Positions 1 through 13,300 of a stretch of 64,000 nt of DNA are shown here, one piece after another; the first letter of the stretch is position 1, and every line of letters begins with the position of its first letter. Position numbers and translations under genes: made by a program. The stretch is from Eledone cirrhosa. Taxonomy: Eukaryota. The notes under the pieces are model-generated. The model did no database searches, was not told the origin of the DNA, and saw nothing but the letters and a program-made list of their open reading frames with translations. The stretch spans positions 260,648,001-260,712,000 of the forward strand of contig OZ024742.1 in assembly GCA_964016885.1 (NCBI GenBank), given 5' to 3'.

Positions 1-250
1 GGTTCAAAGGCCCTCAACTCTTCAACAAACTGCCGAGGGATTTGAGAGATCTACATGGTGTGGCCGTGGATATTTTCAAGAAACTTCTTGACACCCTGTT
101 ATCCAGGATCCCGGTACGAAGGTAACCTAAGGGCAGCATCAACGAACTCCCTCTTACATCAATGGCCAGCCAACACAGGCTGGAGATAGAATGTGTAGCA
201 ACAAGGGCAGTGCCCAATCATGGTCTCAGCCGGATGGCTGGAACAACTAA
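1..250 (+). mobile_element. 3' end of a CR1/L2-like LINE ORF2 plus 3' UTR
   Basis: Reads KGPQLFNKLPRDLRDLHGVAVDIFKKLLDTLLSRIP, a typical LINE ORF2 C-terminus. It overlaps the KGPQL motif of the fragment at 2975-3290. Confidence 0.65.
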
Positions 251-596
251 AAGAGTATATATATATATTTAATATAGAAATGGCTTCAACAGGACTAGAA
301 CTGTTTCATACGGAGGAAATCATCAGAAAAGCTGACTGTCAATGTAATATGGTGGTATTTTCTGGTGGTAGGGGAGGGTAGTAAATTGATGCTAAGTAGT
401 CAAACACATACACACTGACAGGCACTCCTAATGTTCAAGATTCATTTATTCCAAACAAAAGGTTTTCATTGAGTGGCAATATTAAAATGCTCTGCTAAAA
501 GATATAAATGTGTGTGTATACATATATATATGTGTGTGTTTGTGTATATATATATATGTGTGTGTGTGTGTTTGTGTATATATATTTGTGTGTGTG

Positions 597-632
<36 letters not shown>

Positions 633-814
633 CAAATTTCAATAATATTAATACACCCTAATGGGGGTTAAACTCCCTATAGTGAAAAGTTTGGCCAATA
701 AATGGAACAAGATTTTACGAACTTATCCTCTGGTTTTGGAGATAGACCCCCATAACCATATATATTCTGAAACTACATTGCCCAGGGTACTTGTATAAGT
801 ATATTTCATTTTAA

Positions 815-1230
815 TCAAAGGGTTCATCGGGGGCACAAAACCGCCGCTGATACTTTACCTTTGATTTATATGAAATTTAAACCATAGGTAAATGACAAGA
901 TATGATGCCTATTCACATCATTTCAGCAAATTTCAATAAAATTACAATACCCTAAATCTGAGTTAAACCCTCTATTAGGGTTCACCAGAGGGCACACAAT
1001 CCCCGCTGAAAGTTTTTTTGGTTCGATTTATATGCAATTTAAACCATAGATAAATGAAGAGATATGATGCCTATTCACAAAATTTCAATACTATAAGACA
1101 CCTTAATACTATAAGACTCTATTAGGGTTCCCCGGGGGTACAAACCCCCGCTGAAAACTTCTCCCTTTCATTTTATATGAAACTTAAACCATAGGTAAAT
1201 GACAAGATATGATGCCTATTCACAAAAGTT
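815..1230. repeat. Three diverged tandem copies of a ~150-bp unit
   Basis: aaaccatag(g/a)taaatga..agatatgatgcctattcaca recurs at ~879, ~1041 and ~1186. Confidence 0.85.
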
Positions 1231-1374
1231 TCAATTGATATTTTGAAAAAAATTATTTACAAGAAACAAAATAAGAATAAGATTTAATAATGCAATTTTG
1301 ATTTGATATATTACAAAAAAATGATGTTTTCCAATTTTACATGCATTATATTTTACAGCATAGTTACGTCCCTT

Positions 1375-1494
1375 TATGATCTGAGTTCAAATCCCGAGGT
1401 TGACTTTATTTTATCGACCCCGTAAGGATGAAAGGCAAAGTACCAGTAATGCACTGGGTAATTGCTGGCCTTGTGCCTAAAGTAGAAACAATTA
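1375..1494 (+). mobile_element. SINE family B fragment with an internal 29-bp inversion
   Basis: gagttcaaatccc...aaagtaccagtaatgcactgggtaattgctggccttgtgcc matches the copies at 25232-25417 and 29185-29373. Confidence 0.8.
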
Positions 1495-1654
1495 TATTTT
1501 ACATTGAGTAATATTGAGTTTTTCTCCATAAATTATATCACTGATTTAAAATAAATCATTTTCTTACAAAAAAAATGAGTGAAACGCAGCAAGGCGCTGG
1601 TAATTCGGCTAGTATATATATATGAGTGTGTGTATATATATGTGTGTATGTGTA

Positions 1655-2170
1655 TGTAGGAGAGGTGTAGGTAGAAACTCCATCCTCCGCCACATATGCA
1701 AACTATGGATACACAAGAGATGTAGTGGGATCTCAGGAAGTTTAGTTAAGAATGTAGGCTTTACATGTAGCAGTTGGACAAATGACATCAAAGTCTGGGA
1801 GGACTTGGTAAAAACAATACCGAATTAGCAGCGGAGGGGGTGTTCTGAAAGGATGGGATGGAAGAAGTTGAGGGAGCTACTGCCACAGCTGGATACAAAA
1901 GGCTTTTCCCTCAGAATAAAAGGTAGACTGTATGATGTGTGCACATGAACGGCAATGTTGCATGGTAGTGAGAGCTGGGTGCTGTGTGTAGAAGACTTGC
2001 GTAGATTAGAAAGGAATGAAGCTTGTATGCTCCGATGGATGTGTAATAGTAATATACGCGAACAGCAAACCATAAACAAACTGTAAGAGAAACTAGGCAT
2101 AAGAGGAATCAAATGTGCAGTAGAGGAGATTATGTTGGTATGGACATGTGATTCGTATGAAGGATGACAG
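1655..2170 (+). mobile_element. Decayed RTE-clade LINE fragment
   Basis: Translates GVGRNSI..CKLWIHKRCSGISG (PHD-like), then GWKKLRELLP..KGRLYDVC..AMLHGSESW..RLERNEACMLRWMC with frameshifts. Confidence 0.75.
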
Positions 2171-2572
2171 CTACATAAAGTCCCAGAAAGACTTGAGATG
2201 AAGTGATAAAAGCCGACCTTGCCCAATTGCATCTCTGAAAGGCAATGACACAGGACCAAGATCTCTGGCGTTATGAGGTAATACAGAAACCCCAACTTCC
2301 CACAGGCCAAGGCTGAAACATACATACAGTATGCACCACTCCATCCCACATGCCAATATATCTTTCATGAGAACAGGCCGAAACACTGTAAAGTGGTCGT
2401 GATGGTGACACGGTAAAAAACACCCAGTCCACACTGTAAAGTAGTCGTGGAGGAATCACAACAAAAAAAAAACCAGTACTCACTGTAAATGAACTTGGCA
2501 TTAGGAAGGGCATCCAGCTGTAGAAACGAAGCCAAAATCAGTTCTTTATGAGCAAGACATGGTCACCTGACC

Positions 2573-2903
2573 GCACATGGCTCAGTGGTTAGAGCATTGG
2601 GCTTGCAATTGAAAGGTTGTGAGTTTAATTCTCGGACTGAGTGATGTGTTGTTTCCTTGAGCAAGACACTTTATTTCACATTGCTCCAGTTTACTCAGCT
2701 GTAGAAATGAGATGATAGGACTGGGGTCCCTATCATTCCACGGCAAAAAAAAAACAGCCAGCACTCACTGTAAATTAAGTTGGTGTTAGGAAGGGCATCC
2801 AGCTGTAGAAATCAAGACAAGGTCAGCCGACCGGACACTGCCCACAACAGGACAACCCATGCTAGCATAGAAGAACTGACATAAATGATGATGATGATGA
2901 TGA
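2573..2903 (+). mobile_element. SINE family A (tRNA-derived head, (tga)n tail)
   Basis: Head gcacatggctcagtggttagagc (A-box-like), body ccttgagcaagacactttatttcac, aggaagggcatccagctgtagaaa, tail (tga)n. Homologous to 3295-3636 and 26295-26640. Confidence 0.8.
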
Positions 2904-2974
2904 AATATAATAGAGTTTTATAGCTTGCTTGAAGCATTGATGAATAGGAAACACAAATTAAAATTTTGAAAACC

Positions 2975-3290
2975 AAGTTGAGGGCCTTTGAACCCCAGGC
3001 TGCTCCTGATTCTAGATGTGGAAGACGGGACCTTTGGTACCACACAGTGACGTCCTGTTCGAGAATTGGTCCAGCCCTCAATGCGAAAGTTTGGTCTTAG
3101 TCCCGGCAGGATTTTCCATATGTATATCATTGCATATCTCTTCCGTCTTCATTCCGAAGGGTAGAGTTTCAGTTCTTTTAGCCTCTCGCAGTAGCTCAAC
3201 TCCTTCATTGTGCAATCCTCTTGGTGTAGCTTCGTTGGATTTTCTCAAGTTCCGTGGTTAGTTTGATACTATGGCGTGACCACAGCTGGG
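2975..3290 (-). mobile_element. CR1/L2-like LINE ORF2 C-terminal fragment
   Basis: ORF 2918..3130 reads IYIWKILPGLRPNF..NSRTGRHC..SLGFKGPQL. Confidence 0.65.
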
Positions 3291-3294
3291 AGCA

Positions 3295-3636
3295 TTCATC
3301 ATCATTTCATTTTACGTCCACTTTTTCCCTGCTTGCAAGGGTGGGATGGGAACTGATTCTGGCTTGATTTCTACAGCTGGATGCTGTTCCTAACACCAAC
3401 CTCATTTACAGTGAGTGCTGGGTGCTTTTTTCCCCGTGGCAACTCCACATCCACTTTACAGTGTGGGCTGGGTGCTTTTTTGCCATGGCACCTCCACGAC
3501 TGCCAGTCCTATCATCTCATTTCTACAGCTGAGTAAACTGGAGCAATGTGAAATAAAGTGTCTTGCTCAAGGAAACAACACATCACCCGGTGTGAGAATT
3601 GAACTCACAACCTTTCGATTGCAAAGCCAATGCTCT
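3295..3636 (-). mobile_element. SINE family A
   Basis: Reverse complement of the body and tail at 2590-2900 and 26330-26630. Confidence 0.8.
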
Positions 3637-3651
3637 CAATATGTACACACA

Positions 3652-4232
3652 CAGTAATAATAATACATATGAAGACTAAAATCCAAAGAGGGCTCGATAG
3701 GGATAAATATATATCAAATATATAAGAACCGTAGAGCAAATATTTATTAAAATAACAGATTAAAGTTTAAGCAAAGAATCGGCTGCTTTCACCCTTACTG
3801 GGATCTTCTGAAACTAAAAAAGAAAAAAAAAATCAATCTGTGAATGCAGAAGTAAATATTTCGAAAAACGTTGCAACCGAAAGAAGACAGGAAGGCGATA
3901 CTTTGGTTCGTGGAGACGTAGTTTTAGGTATTTCTTCTTGCTTGGTACGGGTATGTTCTTTGTAGAAATATTCAGATGTTTCTGCATTATGAATATAAGT
4001 CAATAGAGTACTCAATCAAGGGAGCCAAATAGTAATAATAATAAATTTGAAGACTAACATCCAAAGAGGGCTCGATAAGGATAAATATATATCAAATATA
4101 TAAGAACCGTAGAGCAAATATTTATTAAAATAACAGATTAAAGTTTAAGCAAAGAATCGGCTGCTTTCACCCTTAATGGGATCTTCTGAAACTAAAAAAA
4201 AAAATCAATCTGTGAACGCAGAAGTAAATATT
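3652..4232 (-). repeat. Partial tandem duplication (378-bp period), each copy with a hammerhead-like motif; possible Penelope pLTR or retrozyme relic
   Basis: 3652-3871 is nearly identical to 4031-4232. The minus strand has agttt-CAGAAGA-tccc..gggt-GAAA-gcag..ttgct-t-aaact at 3764-3815 and 4142-4193. Confidence 0.55.
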
Positions 4233-4359
4233 TCTAAGCCGAGCTTTCCCAATTGCACCTCTCAAGGGCAATGACACACGACCATGACATCTGGCGTCAC
4301 ACAGAAAACCCGACTTTCCACAGGAACATATAGACAATTTTTGTTTTCCTTTGTTGTTT

Positions 4360-7300
4360 TTATGTCCTATCAACTAATCCGACCTCCAAAATGCTTGCAA
4401 TTGACTATTATTTTAGCATATTAACAACAAATATGATTTCCACTGCAATTAAAAATGACTAGCTTTGTGAATGGTTTTTCCACCCACTTTCTGCCTTCAT
4501 TTTTCTACAAAGCTAATCATTGACGATAGGTTTCAAAGTTATATTCATTCATAATATGTGAAAAAAATAGTCAACTGTGAGCATTGGTGTGATGAAAATG
4601 GTAGGAGTAGGTGTTCTGTAATAAATTTACCATATAGTGAAGTATGGGGTAGATTAATGTACTGTGGTGTGCTTTGTTATAAGTGAGGATTTAAATTTCC
4701 ACTTTGATTTATGTTATAAAAAAAATTTTTCATTCATTTTTGCATGCGTTATCAACTTCCAAGAAGCTCGCAGTGGACTATGCTTTTAGCATATTAACAA
4801 AAAATATGACTTCCGCTGCAATAAAAAATGACTAGCTTTGTAAATGGTATTTCCACCCACATCCTCCCTCCTTTTTTTACAAAGCTAGTCATTTTCATCA
4901 GGTTTCAATGTCATAACCATTGATAATATGTGCATAAAATAGTAATTTGCGAGCACCTTTTATGTCAAATTGGGTGGTAAACACAAAAAAAAAATTGCCA
5001 GATGAAAATTTGTCACACCAAACTCAATATCTTGGTGTGATGTAGTATGGTGTGGTTTGGTGAAGTTTCTACAAAGATAGTCATTTTCGACAGGTTTCCA
5101 TGTCAATTATTGATAAGTGGAAAAAAAATAGTCAGATTGTGTGGTAAGCACACACAAAAAAAAAAAAAGGAAACGGGAAGAAAATTTTTCGCACCAAGAT
5201 CAATAACTTGGTGCGATGTAGTATGGTGTAACTTGGTATGGTGTGGTTTGGTTTGGTGAAGTTATGAAATGGAAACCAATTGTAAACGATAGATTCCCAT
5301 GTCATATTCATTGACAATGTGTGGGAAAATAGTCATTTGCAAGCACCTTTGATGTTAGTTTGAGGTGGTAACCACAAAAAAAAAAGAAAAACGCAAATAG
5401 CAAATTTGTCACGTTAATGTCCAAGTGATGTAAATGGTAGGAGTATGTGTTCTGTAATAAATTACCATATAGTGAAGTATGGTTATGGTGTGGATTGAGG
5501 TAGATTAATGTGCTGTGGTGTGCTTTGTTATAAGTGAGGATTTAAATTTCCACTTTGATTTATGTTAGAAAAAAAATTTTTCATTCATTTTTGCATGTGT
5601 TATCAACTTCCAAGAAGCTCGTAGTGGACTATGCTTTTAGCATATTAACAAAAAATATGACTTCCGCTGCAATAAAAAAATGACTAGCTTTGTAAATGGT
5701 ATTTCCACCCACATCCTCCCTCTTTTTTCTACAAAGCTAGTCATTTTCATCAGGTTTCCATGACATAACCATTGATAATATGTGCATAAAATAGTAATTT
5801 GCGAGCATCTTTTATGTCAAATTGGGTGGTAAACACAAAAAAAAAAAAAAAAAAAATGCCAGATGAAAATTTGTCACACCAAAATCAATATCTTGGTGTG
5901 ATTTGGTGAAGTCTCTACAAAGATAGTCATTTTCGACAGGTTTCCATGTCATATTTATTGATAAGTGGAAAAAAAAATAGTCAATTGGGAGCACCTTTAA
6001 TGTCAGATTGGGTGGTAAGCACACACACAAAAAAAAAAAGGAAATGGGAAGAAAATTTTTCACACCAAGATCAATAGCTTGGTGTGATGTAGTATGGTGT
6101 AACTTGGTATGGTGTGGTTTGGTTTGGTGAAGTTATGAAATGGAAACCAATTGTAAACGATAGATTCCCATGTCATATTCATTGACAATGTGTGGGAAAA
6201 TAGTCATTTGCAAGCACCTTTGATGTTAGTTTGAGGTGGTAACCACAAAAAAAAAAAAAAAAAGCAAGTAGCAAATTTGTCACATTAATGTCCAAGTGAT
6301 GTAAATGGTAGGAGTATGTGTTCTGTAATAAATTACCATATAGTGAAGTATGGTTATGGTGTGGATTGAGGTAGATTAATGTGCTGTGGTGTGCTTTGTT
6401 ATAAGTGAGGATTTAAATTTCCACTTTGATTTATGTTAGAAAAAAAATTTTTCATTCATTTTTGCACGTGTTATCAACTTCCAAGAAGCTCGCAGTGAAC
6501 TATGCTTTTAGCATATTAACAAAAAATATGACTTCCGCTGCAATAAAAAATGACTAGCTTTGTAAATGGTATTTCCACCCACATCCTCCCTCTTTTTTCT
6601 ACAAAGCTAGTCATTTTCATCAGGTTTCCATGACATAAACATTGATAATATGTGCATAAAATAGTAATTTGCGAGCATCTTTTATGTCAAATTGGGTGGT
6701 AAACACAAAAAAAAAAAAAAAAAAAAAATGCCAGATGAAAATTTGTCACACCAAAATCAATATCTTGGTGTGATTTGGTGAAGTCTCTACAAAGATAGTC
6801 ATTTTCGACAGGTTTCCATGTCATATTTATTGATAAGTGGAAAAAAAAATAGTCAATTGGGAGCACCTTTAATGTCAGATTGGGTGGTAAGCACACACAC
6901 AAAAAAAAAAAGGAAATGGGAAGAAAATTTTTCACACCAAGATCAATAGCTTGGTGTGATGTAGTATGGTGTAACTTGGTATGGTGTGGTTTGGTTTGGT
7001 GAAGTTATGAAATGGAAACCAATTGTAAACGATAGATTCCCATGTCATATTCATTGACAATGTGTGGGAAAATAGTCATTTGCAAGCACCTTTGATGTTA
7101 GTTTGAGGTGGTAACCACAAAAAAAAAAAAAAAAAGCAAGTAGCAAATTTGTCACATTAATGTCCAAGTGATGTAAATGGTAGGAGTATGTGTTCTGTAA
7201 TAAATTACCATATAGTGAAGTATGGTTATGGTGTGGATTGAGGTAGATTAATGTGCTGTGGTGTGCTTTGTTATAAGTGAGGATTTAAATTTCCACTTTG

Positions 7301-10000
7301 ATTTATGTTAGAAAAAAAATTTTTCATTCATTTTTGCACGTGTTATCAACTTCCAAGAAGCTCGCAGTGAACTATGCTTTTAGCATATTAACAAAAAATA
7401 TGACTTCCGCTGCAATAAAAAATGACTAGCTTTGTAAATGGTATTTCCACCCACATCCTCCCTCTTTTTTCTACAAAGCTAGTCATTTTCATCAGGTTTC
7501 CATGTCAATTATTGATAATATGTACATAAAATAGTAATTTGCGAGCATCTTTTATGTCAAATTGGGTGGTAAACACAAAAAAAAAAAAAAAAAAAAATGC
7601 CAGATGAAAATTTGTCACACCAAAATCAATATCTTGGTGTGATTTGGTGAAGTTTCTACAAAGATAGTCATTTTCGACAGGTTTCCATGTCATATTTATT
7701 GATAAGTGGAAAAAAAAATAGTCAATTGGGAGCACCTTTAATGTCAGATTGGGTGGTAAGCACACACACAAAAAAAAAAAAAGGAAATGGGAAGAAAATT
7801 TTTCACACCAAGATCAATAGCTTGGTGTGATGTAGTATGGTGTAACTTGGTATGGTGTGGTTTGGTTTGGTGAAGTTATGAAATGGAAATCAATTGTAAA
7901 CGATAGATTCCCATGTCATATTCATTGATAATGTGTGGGAAAATAGTCATTTGCAAGCACCTTTGATGTTAGTTTGAGGTGGTAACCACAAAAAAAAAAA
8001 AAAATGGCAGATGAAAATTTGTCACACCAAAATCAATATCTTGGTGTGATGTAGTATGGTGTGGTTTGGTGAAGTTTCTACAGGTTTCCATGTCATAATT
8101 ATTGATAAGTGGAAAAAAAAATAGTCAATTGGGAGCACCTTTAATGTCAGATTGGGTGGTAAGCACACACACAAAAAAAAAAAAAGGAAACAGGAAAAAA
8201 ATTTTTCACACCAAGATCAATAGCTTGGTGCGATGTAGTATGGTGTAACTTGGTATGGTGTGGTTTGGTTTGGTGAAGTTATGAAATGGAAACCAATTGT
8301 AAACGATAGATTCCCATGTCATATTCATTGATAATGTGTGGGAAAATAGTCATTTACAAGCACCTTTGATGTTAGTTTGAGGTGGTAACCACAAAAAAAA
8401 AAAAGAATGCAAGTAGCAAATTTGTCACATTAATGTCCAAGTGATGTAAATGATAGGAGTATGTGTTCTGTAATAAATTACCATATAGTGAAGTATGGTT
8501 ATGGTGTGGATTGAGGTAGATTAATGTGCTGTGGTGTGCTTTGTTATAAGTGAGGATTTAAATTTCCACTTTGATTTATGTTAGAAAAAAAATTTTTCAT
8601 TCATTTTTGCACGTGTTATCAACTTCCAAGAAGCTCGCAGTGAACTATGCTTTTAGCATATTAACAAAAAATATGACTTCCGCTGCAATAAAAAATGACT
8701 AGCTTTGTAAATGGTATTTCCACCCACATCCTCCCTCTTTTTTCTACAAAGCTAGTCATTTTCATCAGGTTTCCATGTCATAACCATTGATAATATGTGC
8801 ATAAAATAGTAATTTGCGAGCACCTTTTATGTCAAATTGGGTGGTAAGCACAAAAAAAAAAAAATGCCAGATGAAAATTTGTCACACCAAAATCAATATC
8901 TTGGTGTGATGTAGTATGGTGTGGTTTGGTGAAGTTTCTACAGGTTTCCATGTCATAATTATTGATAAGTGGAAAAAAAAATAGTCAATTGGGAGCACCT
9001 TTAATGTCAGATTGGGTGGTAAGCACACACACAAAAAAAAAAAAGGAAACAGGAAAAAAATTTTTCACACTAAGATCAATAACTTGGTGCGATGTAGTAT
9101 GGTGTAACTTGGTATGGTGTGGTTTGGTTTGGTGAAGTTATGAAATGGAAACCAATTGTAAACGATAGATTCCCATGTCATATTCATTGATAATGTGTGG
9201 GAAAATAGTCATTTGCAAGCACCTTTGATGTTAGTTTGAGGTGGTAACCACAAAAAAAAACAAAAAAAAAAAAAAAAAAGCTGGTAGCAAATTTGTCACA
9301 TTAATGTCCATGTGATGTAAATGGTAGGAGTATGTGTTCTGTAATAAATTACCATATAGTGAAGTATGGTTATGGTGAAGTATATGGTGTGGATTGAGGT
9401 AGATTAATGTGCTTTGTTATAAGTGAGGATTTAAATTTCCACTTCTATTTATGTTAGAAAAAAAATTTTTCATTCATTTTTGCATGTGTTATCAACTTCC
9501 AAGAAGCCCGCAGTGGACTATGCTTTTAGCATATTAACAAAAAATATGACTTCCGCTGCAATAAAAAATGACTAGCTTTGTAAATGGTATTTCCACCCAC
9601 ATCCTCCCTCTTTTTTCTACAAAGCTAGTCATTTTCGACAGTTTTCCATGTCATAATTATTGATAATATGTGCAAAAAATAGTCAATTGCAGCACCTTTG
9701 ATGTCAGATTGGGTGGTAAGAGCACACACAAAAAAAAAAAAGAAACAGGAAGAAAATTTTTCACACTGAGATCAAAAGCATGGTGTGGTGTAGAATGGTG
9801 CAGTTTGTTATGGTGTGGTTTGGATTGTTGTAGTTATGACATGGGAACCTATTGCAAATGATAGGTTTCCATGTTATATACATTGATAATGTGTAAAAAA
9901 ATAATCATTTGTGAGCACCTTTGATATCAGATTGGGTGGTAAGCACACACACACACAGAAAAAAAAAAAAACAGGAAAAAAAATGTTCTCACTGAGATTA
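4360..10000. repeat. Tandem macrosatellite, ~871-bp unit, ~6.5 copies, with internal ~200-bp subrepeats
   Basis: Anchor gtaggagta..tgttctgtaataaatt at ~4601, 5437, 6308, 7180, 8453 and 9324 (periods 836, 871, 872, 1273, 871). Central units differ mostly in poly-A length. Confidence 0.95.
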
Positions 10001-10349
10001 ATAGCATGGTGTGATGTAGTATGGTGTAGTTTGTTATGGTGAGGTTTGGTGTAGTTTGGTTTGGTGTAGTTTGGTTTGGTGTAGTTTGGTTTGGTGTAGT
10101 TTGGTGTAGTTATAACATGGAAGCCTATCATAAATTTACCAAGGTATGGTATAATCTGGTTTGGTGTAGTGTAGGTTAGTGTAGTGTGGTGTGTTATTGT
10201 GTTGCATTGCATCATATAGCGTGTTTCTCTTTAAATTAAAATCATTAAAATGTAATGCCTATCTTCTATATCTTAAAGAGTGAGCTTAAATGTGATTGCA
10301 AATGACTTTTTTCTCTGGGTTCATGTTAGATTTAGGGTAAGTTTTACTG

Positions 10350-13300
10350 TTAATGGTAAGTTTATTGTTAGTGACTGTGTTACTGTTAGCATTACTGTCA
10401 CTGTTTGCGTTACTGTCTGCGTTAGCATTTGCATAAGCGTCTATGTAAGCTTTTGTGTTAGTGTCTATGTAGACTGGTGTTAGCATCTGTGTTAGTGTTT
10501 GGATTAGCCTTAGTGTTTGCGTAAGTGTCAGCATCTATGTCAGCATTTGCGTCAGCGTCTGCACTGGTGATAGTGATTGTGTCAGCATTTCCCTTAGTGT
10601 CTAAGTCAACATTAGTGTTAGCATTAGTGTTTGTTTCAGTGCCTGCGTCTACGTCAGCTTCTGAGTCAGCATTATCATTAGCGTCTGCGTCAGCATCAGT
10701 GTGCACATCAGTATTTGCATTAGTGTTTGAGTCAGTGTTAGCATCAGCGTTTGCATTTGTGTCGGGGTTAGCATTTGTGTCCGCATCTGCATCAGCATTC
10801 ACATTAGTCTTTGTCAGCATTTCCGTTAGCGTCTGTGTCAGTGTGTATATTAGCTTCTACGTCAGCGTTTTCGTCTGTGTCAGTATCAGTATTTACATCT
10901 ACATCAGCGTCAGCGTTTCAGTTAACGTCAGTGTTTATGTTAGCATCTGTGTCAGCGTTTACGTTAGAGTCTGTGCCAGCGTTTACGTTAGCTTCTACGT
11001 CAGCGTTTCCGTAACGTGTACGTCAGCGTTTTCCGTTAGCATTAGCGTTTCCATTAACCTTTCCTGTGGCGTCCGCATCATTGCAGCGTCTGCATATCCC
11101 ATGTAAGCGTTAACTTCAGCATTTTCGTCAGCGTTAGCGTTAGCCTGAGCCCTAGCGTCCGCATCAGCATTTGCGTTAGCGTCAGCATACACGTCAGCGC
11201 CGGCAATACTGCCTCAACATTTGCGTCAGCGTTAGCTTGGCTTTGGCTTCAGCAATCCGCATCAGCAATTGCGTTTTGGAGATCAGCTTCGGCGGTAAGG
11301 GTAAACGCTAACTTCTACGCCTGCTTCTACGTAACAACTACGTCAGCGTTTTGTTAGCTTCTACGTCAGCGTTTACGTTTGCTTCTACATCAGCATCTAC
11401 GTCAGCTTCTACGTCAGCGTCTACGTCATCGTTTACGTTAGCTTCTATGTCAGCATCATCATTAGCTTCTATGTCAGCGCTTACATTAGTGTCTGTGTCA
11501 GCGTTTGTGTTAGCTTCTACGTCTATGTCAGTGTCTGTATTCACATCTACATCAGCGTTAGCGTTTATGTTAGCATCTGTGTCAGCGTTTATATTAGCTC
11601 TGCGTCAGTTTTTACGTTAGCATCTGTGTTAACGTGTGTTAGTGTCTGTGTCAGCGTCAGCGTCTGCGTCAGCATTTTCATTAGTGTTTCCTTTAGCTTC
11701 TACGTCAATGTTTACGCCTGCATTAAGGTTCACATTAGCATCGCTGTCATCGTTTTCGTTTGCTTTAACATCTGGATCAACATTTGCGTCTGTTTGCATT
11801 AGTGTCTGCATTTGCTTTTTTTATATCAGTGTCAGCGTTAGAGTCTGGGTAGCATTTACATCAGCGTGTACGTCAGAGTCTTTGTCAGCATTCGCCTTTG
11901 CACCTGCATTAGTATTCACGTTAGTGTTTGTGTCAGCGTAAGCGATTGTGTCAACATTTGCACTAGCGTTTGAGCCAGCATAGCCATCTTCGTCAGTGTC
12001 AGCGTTGGCGTTGGCGTTAGTGTTTGATTTTGTATTAGTGTTAGCATTTTTGTTAGTGTTAGTGTTCAGGTTAATGTTGACTTAGTTTTCAGGTTAGGGC
12101 TCGTGTTACTTTTAATGTTAGTGCTCAAGTTAGTGGTTTATGGTAGTGTTAGTTTTAGTGTTCAGGTTAATGTTCGTGTTAATGTCAGTGCTCAGGTTAG
12201 TGTTAGTGTTTACTGTAGTGTTAGTTTTAGTGTTGAGGTTAATGTTAGCTTAGTTTTCTGGTTAGTGTTAGTGTTAGTGTTAGTTTTTATGGTAGTGTTA
12301 GTGTTACTGTTAGTGCTCAGATCAGTGTTAGTGTTTGTGTTACTGTTTATGGTAGTGTTAGTTTAAGTGTTAATGTTAGTTTTAGTGTTAAGGTTAGTGT
12401 TTGTTTTTGTGTTAATATTTTTGTTAGTATCTCTGTTAGCATTAGTGATTGATGTTTCCATTAGTGTTAGTGATTGTGTTAGCGTTAGTCTTTGTTTTTG
12501 TGTTAATGTTAGCATTAGTATTTCTGTTAGTGTTAGCATGAGTGTTTGTGTTAGTTTTCAGGTTAGTGTTAGTGTTCAAGTTAGTTAGAGATTGTGTTAG
12601 TGTTAGTATTTGTTTTTGTGTTAGTATCTATGTTAGCATTAGTATTTCTGTTAGTGTTAGCATTAGTGTTTATGTTAGTGTTCAAGTTAATGTTAGTGTG
12701 AGAGATTGCGTTAGTGTTTGTTTTTGTGTTAATATTTGTGTTAGTATCTCTGTTAGCGTTAGTGTTTATTTTAGTGTTGAAGTTAATGTTAGCTTAGTTT
12801 TCTGGTTAGTATCAGTTTTCAGATTAGTGTTTGTGTTAGTGTTACTTTTAGTGTTAGTGCTCAGGTCAGTGTTAGTGTTTGTGGTAGTGTTAGTTTTAGT
12901 GTAAGTGTTCAGGTTAGTGTTAGTGTTCAAGTTAATGTTAGTTTTAGTGTTAAGGTTAATGTTAGTTTTAGTGTTAAGGTTAGTGTTAGAGATTGTGTTA
13001 GTGTTAGTTTTGTTTTTGTGTTAATATTTGTGTTAGCATCTCTGTTAGCATTAGTGTTTGATGTTTCCATTAGTGTTAGTGATTGTGTTAGCGTTAGTCT
13101 TTGTTTTTGTGTTAAGGTTAGCGTTAATGTTAGCATTAGTATTTCTGTTAGTGTTAGCATTAGTATTTCTGTTAGTGTTAGCATTAGTGTTTATGTTAGT
13201 GTTCAAGTTAATGTTAGTTTTAGTGTTGAGGTTAGTGTTAGAGATTGCGTTAGTGTTTGTTTTTGTGTTAATATTTGTGTTAGTGTTGAAGTTAATGTTA

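Noticed and set aside
296-330. Minus-strand CTGATGA..GAAAC hammerhead-like core
   Set aside because: Stems I and II do not pair convincingly; at best a decayed relic.
2573-2645. Possible tRNA genes (also ~26298 and ~25232)
   Set aside because: They are SINE heads continuing into a repeated body, with no complete cloverleaf.
1-3000. Apparent split LINE: the window starts at the same KGPQL motif where the 2975-3290 fragment ends
   Set aside because: The window edge is arbitrary, so a rearrangement cannot be inferred.
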